Shown here piece by piece: positions 1 through 11,362 of a stretch of 64,000 nucleotides of DNA. The stretch is from Lama guanicoe (lineage: Eukaryota), in contig MU054338.1 in NCBI GenBank assembly GCA_013239625.1, positions 932,001 through 996,000 of the forward strand. Reading direction: 5' to 3'. Numbering within the stretch: the stretch's first letter is position 1; each line of letters starts with the position of its first letter. The position numbers and the translations under genes were made by a program. The notes beneath the pieces were generated by a model. It had not been told where the DNA came from. It did not search any database and worked only from the letters and a program-made list of their open reading frames with translations.

Positions 1-664
1 ACCATGGAGTTCATCCATTCAGTGCATTTTGGTGCATTCGTGACTTATGTTCAAAACCAGCAGGCAGCCTTTCCCCAGGAGCTGGTCAGCCTTCACATGG
101 CTGGGAGCCCTATTCCCCCGCTGGCCCAGGGAGCTTTGCTTCCAAGAGGAGGAGGAATTGCTGTGGGCGTCAGTCCACGGCTCTGCTGGCCTCGCTCACC
201 ACCGCCGTCACACCCCACTTGACATCCCCTCAAAAGGACGCATTCGGGTCCTGACCAGCCCCCTCCCCACCTGTGAGTGGAAACGTATTTGGAAATAAGG
301 TCTTGGCTGAGCTGAGGTCGGACTGGAGAGTCTGCGGCCCTAAGCCAATGACAGGTATCGGTGTAAGAGGGACCTGTGGACGGACATGCAGGCGGAGACT
401 GGGGTCGTGCCCAGGCCCCGGAGCTGGAAGAGGTGGGGAGGGCCTGGGACTTCTGGACTCCAGAGATGACAGATCCCTGGGGTTTCAGGCCCCACCCTGC
501 GCCCACCCCCACAGCTGCTGTAGCGGCCCCAGGAGAGAGACACACACAGGAGGCGTGCCCATGTGCGTGCACCCCCAGCGCCGTACTTTGCCAAGTGTGC
601 CCAGGCCACCTGGCGAGCACCCGCCTGGCCCCACTTCCATCCGTAAAGACCCGGGACAGCCAAG

Positions 665-2661
665 TGTTGTAAAATGCCACGTTTATTGCTACAGTGCTGT
701 TATGTACATGACCGGTCTCCGAGCCGACTTTAAAGAGGATTATTGAAAAATCCCAAAGAATCCAGCCAGCTGTGTTGACATTTTATAAAGTCATTTTTCT
801 TAAAAAAATTTTTTAAGTCAGTTATCCTGAGGCACTCTGAGCACGATTTCCCCAGTAATTGTGGTTCTTCCTCCCCCCAAGGCTACTTTTCCCATGCTGG
901 GTTAATCTCACTTTATATATATATAAAACTTAAATTATGTATGTAACACACAGTTCAAAAGTCGGCAGGCCTCAGGCGCTGCAAGGCCCCTGGGCCCCTG
1001 CCCATCCGGGCCTGTGGGCAAGACCAGAAAGGGGAACTGAGGCAGGAGGGTCACCTAGAGAGTGGCCTGACCGGCCTGGGGGACAGACCCAGGGGTGAAG
1101 AGGCGGCCTCGGCCCCGCGCTGGGACGTCCCACCTGTGCTGGCCTCGGGCAGTTCCAGTCATGGGGGGTCAGGCCGACCCGTGCTTGGGGATGAGGGTGG
1201 GGGGTCTTGGGGAGATCACCCAGATGCGGGTGGGGTGCAACACAGCCAGCCTGGGGGTCCACAAGGCCTCTACTGGGGTGGGGGTAAGGAGAGGGAAGCC
1301 AAGACCCCAGCAGGCCTGACTGCACCCAGGTGACACGTAGGGTGAGCAACACCCTGGGCTTTCCCAGGCCTCCGGGGACAAGTGTGTCCCCCAACCACAA
1401 AGGACAAGAGGGGCCCTCAGGGAGGCCTGGGGGCGAGTGGCCCCCACTCCTGGTTTGCAGCTGGTAAACGCCCATTCCCAGGGCCCTTCTGGGCAGGGGG
1501 CCCTGTACCTTCTCCCTGCTCCATCCACAGCTGGACGGTCGCCTGAGGAGTGGGGGGCTCTGTGCTGGCCCCAGGCCCCAGGCCCTCCGCTGAGTTTACA
1601 GAACAGGCTCCTGGTGGGAGGAAGGAAGGAAGGACAGACAGGGTATCTGTGGGGCCCCCCCCACTGATAGTGCCGTCTGCCCACCAAGCAAGGGCGGTCC
1701 TAGTAAGTCCCGCTTTGGAGGCCCGAGACCACGGGGAGGGGGTTGGGGGAGGAGGACCCTAGGCAGTTTCACCCACCTCCCTGCCCTGCCTGAGCCCAGG
1801 GTGTCCTGCTTCCTGAGGGGGAGGGGATGGGGCAGGGAGCCCCCCACCCGGGAAAGGACCACCCACCCCTTCACAGGCAGCAACTCGAAGAGAACAAAGC
1901 CCCGAGTCTGAAGAGAACACGCGGGACAAGGCCCACAGTTCCCATTCTCTGCTTTGCGTCTGGTGCCCACGTGGGTGGGGACCGCAGGTTTCCACTGGGT
2001 CCTTTTAGTACTTTTAATAAACTGCTTGATCATGAAATGCAACGCTCAGTCCTAGAAACAGCAGCAGAAATAGCAAGAGACACAAGATTTTTATACAAAA
2101 AAACGTTGCTTACAAAACATATGCAAAAAAACTTTAAAAAAAAAGATCAAAGGCATCCTTCTTGCTAGTTTCCTCCTGCATAAAAAAAGATCTAACTAAG
2201 GCTCCTTTTATTTCCTTAAAAAAAGTATCGGGCGTAGGCACGGCGTGCTGGCGGCTCCTGGCCGGGCGGCTCCGGCGGCACCTCCCTCCAGCGAGCAACA
2301 CGGTTAACTTCTCCCCGTTTTATACTTAAGGCATTTTTTCTTCTTTTCTAACAAAGTGTATATATTTCCTGTTCACTTTCTCTCTGGTTTTTGTCCCCCC
2401 CCAATCTCCCCAAGAAAGACCCCCCTGGGGGCCGAGATGCCATTTCAGGGTCCACCAGGCCAGTGGCAGGGCAGTGGGGCAGCGTCGCCTCAGGAGCTGC
2501 GACCACTGGGGCCTCCAGTCTGTGTGGCTCGCTGCTGACCACGGCGCGTGTGGGGCGCGGACCATCCGGCCCAGGTTGAGGGCAGGGATGGGGACCGGGT
2601 GCCTGGTGTGACCGTCCCGGGTTAGACCAAGGTCGGGTCACCCATCTGGGCGGCACTCCTC
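665..2661 (-). other. TCF3: TCF3 3' UTR
   Basis: Lies between the stop codon (2662-2664) and the distal AATAAA. AU-rich blocks at ~2000-2400 and ~670-960. Confidence 0.8.
682..687 (-). terminator. TCF3: Distal polyadenylation signal AATAAA of TCF3
   Basis: Minus strand reads TGTACATAACAGCACTGTAGCAATAAACGTGGCATTTT, with UGUA elements upstream. Resembles the recalled human TCF3 mRNA 3' end. Confidence 0.85.
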
Positions 2662-2804
2662 TCACAGGTGCCCGGCGGGGTTGTGGGCCTCGCCCAGGCT
2701 CGGGTGGGCAGCCGACAGCACCATCTGGGGGTCTCCGACCACGCCTGACACCTTCTCCTCTTCCCGGCGCTTCAAGCAGGCGGCTTTGGGGTTGAGGTTA
2801 CGCT
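2662..2804 (-). CDS. TCF3: TCF3 exon 19 coding part ([47 protein letters not shown])
   Basis: Acceptor cccag at 2805-2806; conserved E-protein C-domain; TGA at 2664-2662. Confidence 0.97.
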
Positions 2805-2975
2805 CTGGGGGGGAGGGGAGAGCACTGTGGGAGAGGGTCCCCAGGAGAGGACAAACGCGAGTGGGGAATTGGGGATGGTCAGGCAGGGAGCTGCCGTGGC
2901 CGCCTCCGTTTCCACCCGTCCCTGCCCGAGAAGGCCGGGCGAGGACGGGGCAGGGGCTCCGGGCCGGGCGCCTAC

Positions 2976-3202
2976 CTCGCACCTGCTGCTCCAGGCCCAG
3001 GATGACCTGCACGGCCTGCTGCAGGATGAGCAGTTTGGTCTGCGCCTTGTCCGACTTGAGGTGCAGCTGGCACATGCGCCCCAGCTCCCGGAAGGCCTCG
3101 TTAATGTCCCGCACGCGCACCCGCTCCCGCGCGTTATTGGCCATCCGCCTCTCCCGGTCCCTCAGGTCTTTCTCCTCCAGGGACAGCACCTCCTCCGTAC
3201 TG
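2976..3202 (-). CDS. TCF3: TCF3 exon 18b, E47 bHLH exon ([75 protein letters not shown])
   Basis: 227 nt; CAGCAG acceptor; GTAGGC donor; E47-diagnostic residues. Confidence 0.97.
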
Positions 3203-4784
3203 CTGGGTCACAGCACCGGGGCCTCCGTTAGTCCCCCACCAGGGGTCGTGGGGAGGGAACCCGCTGGCTGTGTGTGCGCGTGCCTTGGCTGCAAGCTTGT
3301 GTGTGCACGGGCAACATACCTGGGGCGCAGGGACCGCAGGCGTATGCACCCCTGGCCCCAGCTCTGGGTGCGCTGTGTGCGTCACACACCCAGGCAGACC
3401 CGCGCCTGACTGACCCCACGACACTGTTGGTGGGGCCTCCATCCCCAGCTGGGTGTCTCCAGGGAGCGGAGATGCATCCCTTGCCCCTGCCAGTTCCATG
3501 TGCCCCAGGGCTGGTATGGAGCCCCTCCTGGGATGACGACCTTCCCCTTTCAGAGCAGTCACTTGCTGGGTGAGGGAGAGCTGGGCCTGGCTGCACCGGC
3601 CTCTGGTATAAAAGGCCCAGAAGACCCTAGCTTAGCAGGCAAAGGCCTGGGACTCTTAGTTCCCGAGACCCTACACTCCCAGAGGGGCCTCAGAAATGCA
3701 TCTGCCCCATGGCGAACTCTGGCTGCCCAAGAGCTGCGGCCACCGTGAGCACTGGCCCCGGGCTCGGAGCAGCAGCTCCCTGGGCCCCCGGCACTTCTGC
3801 TGTGAGGCTCCAGTTCACCGAGCGCCTGCTGCGTGGTGGGCAGGGTGTCGGGCCAACACACAGGAGCCTGGAATGGGGGCTCAGACAGCCACCTGCCTAC
3901 CCACGGAGCCCAAACCCCCGCTCAGGCCCCACAGCTGTGTTGCACGCGGCCCTGCATTGACCTCCCTCTCTGCCTGGTCCCGACCAGTAGGATGGGCCGG
4001 TCTCACTCAGGACACCCACCCACCCTGCCCTCGGGCCTGAGCGATCCCTCCGGGTGGCGGCGGTGGCGGCAGAGGCCCGGATCCCAGGACAAGCACGCAG
4101 ACCAAACTGACAGTCAGGCCTCGGGTCCCCTTTCTTCCCTCAAGTCCCAAGGAAGGCCTTGGGGGAGGAAAGGCCCAGTCGCAGCCCTGCCATTCCAGTG
4201 CTCGGGCACAAGTGCGAGGTGAGGAGGGCGGCCGGTGGGAGCGAGGAGATGGGCGGCCGGGAAGGGGGAGCGCGGGAGGCAGAGAGCAGAGAGGCAGGCG
4301 CAGGGGACACCGCCATGGAGACGCGGAAACCTCAGAGCTGAGGGGACAGCGGGTGGCAGGCCAGGGCCCTAGCTCCAGTCCAAGCGACAGTGCTGCAGGA
4401 GAGAAAGGGTTAACGGGGTGGCAGGATGGGAGGTTAAGGAAGCAGCTGGGAGGAAGGGATCACCCTTCCTGATCCTCACCCAGCCCCGGGGGTGGGGGTG
4501 AACCCCAACTGCAGATGGGGACTGAGGGGCTCAAGAAGCCCCACAAGGGGTCTGCTCAGAACAACAGACTGATGGCTGCTGGGACCCAGGAAATGCCAGC
4601 CCCTGCCAGCTGGGCTCTGCGCTTCCTGAGAAGTAAGGGGCAGGCAGGCAGAGGGCCCCAGGCCCAGGATGCACTTCTGTGCCCAAGTGCCTGGGTACAC
4701 AGAGCTGGAAGTGCAGTCTCTTCCTCTCAGTGTGTGTGTGGGGGACACTGGGGCCAGGCCAGGCAGAGGGCCAGCAGTCAAGAC

Positions 4785-5984
<1,200 letters not shown>

Positions 5985-6655
5985 TCAGAAGAGCACAGAA
6001 ACATCGCTGCCACTCGGAAGCAGAGAACTATTTCCTAAATACTAAAGGAGCTGTCCTCAAAAGAAACAAATCAATAAACGAGTATCTCTAAACAGAGACT
6101 TCGGTCACCAAGGCACCACGAAGAACGCAAGAGGGCAAGTCACAGGACAGAAGGTACTCCTTACATATAAACCAACAAAGGACGGCTCTCTGCAACGAAA
6201 AAGTAACAACGAATCACGAAGAGCAGACGGCAGGGACACAGGAGGGTGCCAGCCGGACGGCGCTGTGCACGTAAGGAGTGAAGGACATCGTGCTCCTATC
6301 TAAGTTCTGCTCGCGGGTGCGGCCACTTTGGAAAACAGCTAGGCTAAAGCTGGAAAAGGTGGGCACATGAGTGCCCAGAAATTCAACCTGGAATCACACC
6401 TGCACCGGGAGCCGCGCCAGGCACGAAGGCCCAGGGTAGGGAAGGACCTAGGACCTGGTGCCCCATCTGGTCAGGGCCTGTCCCTGCACTCCCAGGGGGC
6501 GGGGTGGGGAGGGTGGCCGGGGGACCACCCAGCACTTCAGCAGCAATGGAGGGCACACAGCAGCGTGAACCCCACTACGCAGCCCTGGGAGCTAGCCTGG
6601 GCTCTCCAGCAGCTGATCCCCCGCCCCCCAGGGCCCTCAGATAAGAGACCAGGTC

Positions 6656-6845
6656 CGGGGGTGCTCCTCGGCACCGCTGACCCGGGGCTGGGCGTCCTTG
6701 GCACTGCTGGGGGTAGAAGAGCATCCCTGCCCCACACCCTGGACGCCGGGACCCGGCTGCTGTAACAAGCACAGACGTCCCCGGACCTGCCCACGGGCGA
6801 GAGCCGCGGTGTGCAGCGACAGAATCTGGAACCCAGGAAGCACTG
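6656..6845. mobile_element. MER20 (hAT-Charlie) DNA transposon remnant in intron 16
   Basis: Collinear segments CCTCGGCACCGCTGAC / AGCATCCCTGCCCCACACCCTGGACGCC / TGTAACAAGCACAGACGTCCCCGGACCTGCC / AAGCACTG match the recalled MER20 consensus. Confidence 0.7.
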
Positions 6846-7349
6846 ACTCAGTGGCTCATTTCTGGGGTGCAGGGGGCTGGTATGGGGAGGGTGTGCAGGC
6901 AGGAGTGAGGATTGTGTGGTGGGCTCCAGGGTGGGGGCTCGTGGTCAGGGACGCACAGCACGCTACTGTCGCGACACGACATTGTTTTTCACAAGGTCGG
7001 TGGGAGCGGGGGCGGTGGAAGCCAGGCTCAGCCACTGCCCGGCGTGGAGTCCCAGACCCTCCCCAGGCCTCAGTCCCCTTCATGGTGGCAGAGTCTGTGT
7101 TAAAGACCCTGGGACAGGCCACCATGACAACCAGGACAAACCCCAGTGTGCGCTCCCCAGACCCACACTCTTCCCCTCTCCCGTCAAGGGATGGCCGGCC
7201 CCTCGCCTGCTGCAGGACACTCAGCGTGCTGTCACCTCATCAGACTTGAAACCCTCTCGACCTCACCCTGCTCCCGCTACTGCCAAACACCCCACAACTC
7301 CACTGGCGTGGCCATACCTGCTCTGGTCCAGTCTGGGTCCTCAACTCAG

Positions 7350-8190
7350 CACCCCAAGCAGTCCACACTCCTCCGTGTCCCTCAGCGCTGCCACCCCCCA
7401 CCCCTGAGATGCAGAGACCCAGGCTCTGCTCCATCCAGACCCCATCCAGGCTCCCTACTCTAAACTCCAGCATGTGCCAAGGATGCCCAGACTGTACCCT
7501 AAACTGAAGATGGGAACCCCACCGCCTCCTCTACATTTGCAAATCCTGTGGGCTCTGCCTTCAGAACACCTGGAAGTCACCCACCATCACCCCTCTACTG
7601 CCCCTGCCTGGGCCAGCCCCTAGCATCCGTCCCCTCTACCCTGGTCTTTCCTTCTAGTCCTTTCCAGTCTGTCCGCCCCGCAGCGGCCACCAGAGATTGC
7701 CTCCTATGAGCACCTAAGTCAGGCCCCACACTCTGCCCAGTTCTCCAAGGATCCCACCTCCCTGGGGTAGAAGCCAGGTCCTCCCTGCAGCCCCCAAGGC
7801 CCTGCATGACCTGCCTCGTCCTCTCCCTGCCCTCTCATTTTCCCTAACTCTGCCTCAGCCACACAAGCCTCCTTGCTGTTCCCCCAACACACCAGGCATG
7901 GTCCTGCCCCAGGGCCTTTGCTCATGCTCCCCCAGGTGCCCGCCTGCTTTCACTCCTCCCCTACTCCATTCAAATATCACAATCTTGTCCCCACCACTAA
8001 CTTAAAAATGACAGACCTCCTGCAGCTCCTCCCCTGCCCACTTTCTCCCCAACACCTGTCTCAATGCAATCACACCACCTTCCAGCCTCCACACTCCACA
8101 TCCCCCCTTCTCTGGTCAATCCCTTCTAGCCCCCCGTGCCTAGAGGGGTGCCAGGCACACAGTGGATGCTCAACATACGCCTGTTGGGTA
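7350..8190 (+). mobile_element. L2 LINE 3' fragment
   Basis: C/T-rich L2-like body ending CCCCGTGCCTAGAGGGGTGCCAGGCACACAGTGGATGCTCAACATAC, typical of the L2 3' end. Confidence 0.7.
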
Positions 8191-8621
8191 AACAGCGTTG
8201 ACCTGGTGGGCCCTCCTCCCTTCCAAGGGGAGTCGACCAAGGGACCTTGCCGGCCTCTCTGGGCCTCTAGGTGGTACCTTCACACAGTCTGGCTCCCACC
8301 CCTGTGGGACCCCAGCACTTGGCCTGCTAGGGATTCCCTGGGGAGGAGTGAGTGTGGTGGGTGAACCACCCTCACCAGGCCCCTGAACCTGTTTCCTCAA
8401 CTGGAAATGGGGGTGGACAGCCCACAGGCTGCCGGGAAGGCCTGGCAATGGCGTGGGGTCTGAGCCCCAGCCCCATGCATGGAGGGTCTCAGTCCCTCTG
8501 CCATCCCTGTTTTCCAGAGGAGGAATATATGGCTTAGGGGGTGACGCCCGCCGACCGGGCCCCCACACCACAGGTGACCCTGAGCTGCACCACCCTGCCC
8601 AGCCAATGACGCAGGGCTCAC

Positions 8622-8724
8622 CGCTATAGGAGTCGGGTGGCCGGGAGAGTTCGGGGAGGGCCACGTGGTTGTGCATGAGGCTGCCGCTGCCCGAGAGCCC
8701 GTCCTCCGAGGGGCCGCCTCCCAC
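8622..8724 (-). CDS. TCF3: TCF3 exon 16 (VGGGPSEDGLSGSGSLMHNHVALPELSRPPDSYS)
   Basis: 103 nt; ccacag acceptor; GTGAGC donor. Confidence 0.95.
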
Positions 8725-8804
8725 CTGTGGACGAGGAGGGGTCATCAGCGCTGGGCTGGCCCTGCTGCCCGCCTGCCCTCGACCCGCCCTCGACCCGCAC
8801 TCAC

Positions 8805-8966
8805 CAGGCCAGCGGGCCGTCCACCCAGCGGCATGACGGGGCCAGTGAAGCCTGGGGCCAGCACCCCATGACTGGGTGGAAGCCCGTGCACGTCCCCTGC
8901 TGTCCCCACAGCATGGCTGCGCAAGACGTGGATGGCCTCGTCCAGGTGGTCCTCCATCTTGTGCTG
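8805..8966 (-). CDS. TCF3: TCF3 exon 15 ([21 protein letters not shown]...GGRPAGL; AD2 region)
   Basis: 162 nt (159 with the distal AG); CAGCAG acceptor; GTGAGT donor. Confidence 0.95.
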
Positions 8967-9252
8967 CTGCGGAGGGGCTGGGGGTGAGGGGCGTGGGCCG
9001 CCGGCACCCCGTGCGGCCCAGCACGGCCAGTTTTGGACCTCATTCCCGACAGACTGACTGAGTTCACCCTGGTCAAAGAGCACCTGTCCTGTGGCACACT
9101 CTGCTGGTCCTCAAGGGCTCTTACAGGACATGGTTCCAGTGTCACGTGGGGCGCGGCCACAGAGGACACACGGACTTGCCCCCCCAGGGCCTCCCACCCC
9201 AGAAACGGGCATCCCTGTCGGCGCGCCCCGCCCCGGCCCCCAGGACGCTCAC

Positions 9253-9326
9253 CAGGCTGTGCAGGCCACCATCATAGCTGGGTGATAAGGCGCCGGGGGC
9301 TCCCGCTCGGGGCCACTGTGATGTTC
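9253..9326 (-). CDS. TCF3: TCF3 exon 14 ([25 protein letters not shown])
   Basis: 74 nt; ttacag acceptor; GTGAGC donor. Confidence 0.96.
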
Positions 9327-9959
9327 CTGTAAGGGGCAGGAGGCGTTGAGTGGGCAGGGGGTCGGGAAAGGAGGGGCCGTGATGCCAGGGCTGGCCACAC
9401 GGGGGCGCCCATGCCTGCAGAGCCGGGAAGGCCTCGAGTGGGGATCTCAGCCCAGCTGGCCTGGTAGCTCCGCACGGAACCCTGGGAGTGAGTCTCACTA
9501 GGCCGGGATGTGAACCTCATGGACAGGTCACGTCTTCAAGCCTGTTTCCCCAACTGCAAAATCCACACCTGGACCCCTCTGCCAGGAAGGCGGCTCGCGC
9601 GCACAGCAGGTGCCCGGGAGCTGGCTCCTCCCAGGCCAGGGCACGGTGAGGGCCTGCAGGCTTTTTTAATGCAACTGCCCAGGCCTTCCAGAAAGCTCTG
9701 GCCCTCACTTCTCAGACCCCGCGGAATGCCAGGTGCATCCTCCCGAGGACTGGAGGAGCCTGCCCCCTCAGCAGAGCCACACACAAGGTATGCAGCTGAG
9801 GCCTAAAACCTCGGAGGTTAATCAACGCCAGCATGTATGTGTCCTGGAGGCTGGGCACGAGCCTCAGGCCGGCTGCCCTGGCCCCTTGGAGGCCCACGCC
9901 CTGCTGGGTCCCACCTAACCCCTCCGGCTCACACTGGAACTGCTGCATCCTGCGTCCTA

Positions 9960-10310
<351 letters not shown>

Positions 10311-10314
10311 TCAC

Positions 10315-10373
10315 TGAGGCCAGCGCCTTCCCAAGGGCATCCCCAGAGCTGCCGGCCGTGGTCCCACGGGAGC
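10315..10373 (-). CDS. TCF3: TCF3 exon 12 ([20 protein letters not shown])
   Basis: 59 nt; ccacag acceptor; GTGAGT donor; conserved [10 protein letters not shown] motif. Confidence 0.96.
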
Positions 10374-10798
10374 CTGTGGGTGAGAAGAGGTGAGGCCCAA
10401 CCTTGGGGATGCAGTGGCCCCGGCACGCAGGTCGGGCTTACATGCCTGCGCCGACGAAGCGCCCCCCTCCTGCACTTGGCTGCCCTGCAGACATGCCCCA
10501 GCCCGGCCCTGGGCAGCCCAAGTCCCAGCCCAAGTTCCCGACATCTCACTACGGGACCCCACGGCTGCTCTGGGGGCAGGCAGACCGTCAGGCTCTGGGG
10601 GAGCAGCTCCCCTCCGTGAGCCTGTTTCCCCAAATATAAAGTGGGATTCACTCTTCAGAAAGCTGTCTGGGAAGACCTGCAGGGCCCAAGGTGCAAAGCA
10701 CCGCACGGGGCTGGTCCAGGAAGGGGAATGACGTGAGCGTCGACGAGGGCCGCGCCCCGGCAGAACGCCCCCCCGGGAGCGCTGCGGAGGGGCCGTAC

Positions 10799-10931
10799 CC
10801 AGGAGGCTGTCGGCCCCGCTGACGGGGGGTGTCTGGCTGGAGACGCTGCCGTAGGCGGCCGCGGGGGCCGAGGAGAAGGTGGACACGGCCGGGAGCCCCC
10901 CGTTCACCTCCGCTCCGTGCAGCTGGTAGCC
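10799..10931 (-). CDS. TCF3: TCF3 exon 11 ([44 protein letters not shown])
   Basis: 133 nt; ccgcag acceptor; GTACGG donor. Confidence 0.95.
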
Positions 10932-11014
10932 CTGCGGGTGGGGGCGGGGCCGGACGGGGTCAGATGCGGGCACTGCCCACACCCCCGCCCCACAGGCCGC
11001 CCTGGGGGGCCTAC

Positions 11015-11181
11015 CATGCGCTCGTGCTGGTGCAGGCTGCTGAACCCACCGCCACTGCTGCCCACGGAGCTGCTGCCGCCTGGCGCGAGGGGCAGTGGGG
11101 ATGAGCCGCCACCTAGCATGGGCCCAAAGCCCGCCTGGCCTGGGGAGCTCCAGAGCTCAGCCGAGGGGTGCAGGCTGCCAT
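11015..11181 (-). CDS. TCF3: TCF3 exon 10 ([26 protein letters not shown]...LHQHERM)
   Basis: 167 nt; ccgcag acceptor; GTAGGC donor. Confidence 0.95.
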
Positions 11182-11259
11182 CTGCGGAGAGGGGAACGGT
11201 GAGGTGGGCAGACCGGGGACCCCAGCCAGGGCCGTGTCCTAGGTGAGTCCCCTACATAC

Positions 11260-11362
11260 CTGCCAGGTAGAAGGGGGAGGGGTAGGCACTGCTGGAGGTC
11301 TTGGTGGACGAGTAGGCGGCGGTGTCCCGGCTGTAGTCCTCCCCTGAGCTGGGTGGGTACAC
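11260..11362 (-). CDS. TCF3: TCF3 exon 9 ([34 protein letters not shown])
   Basis: 103 nt; ccacag acceptor; GTATGT donor. Confidence 0.95.

Noticed and set aside
3607..3614. Canonical TATAAAAG on the plus strand between the bHLH exons (antisense promoter?)
   Set aside because: A single 8-mer is expected by chance in 64 kb; no supporting downstream feature.
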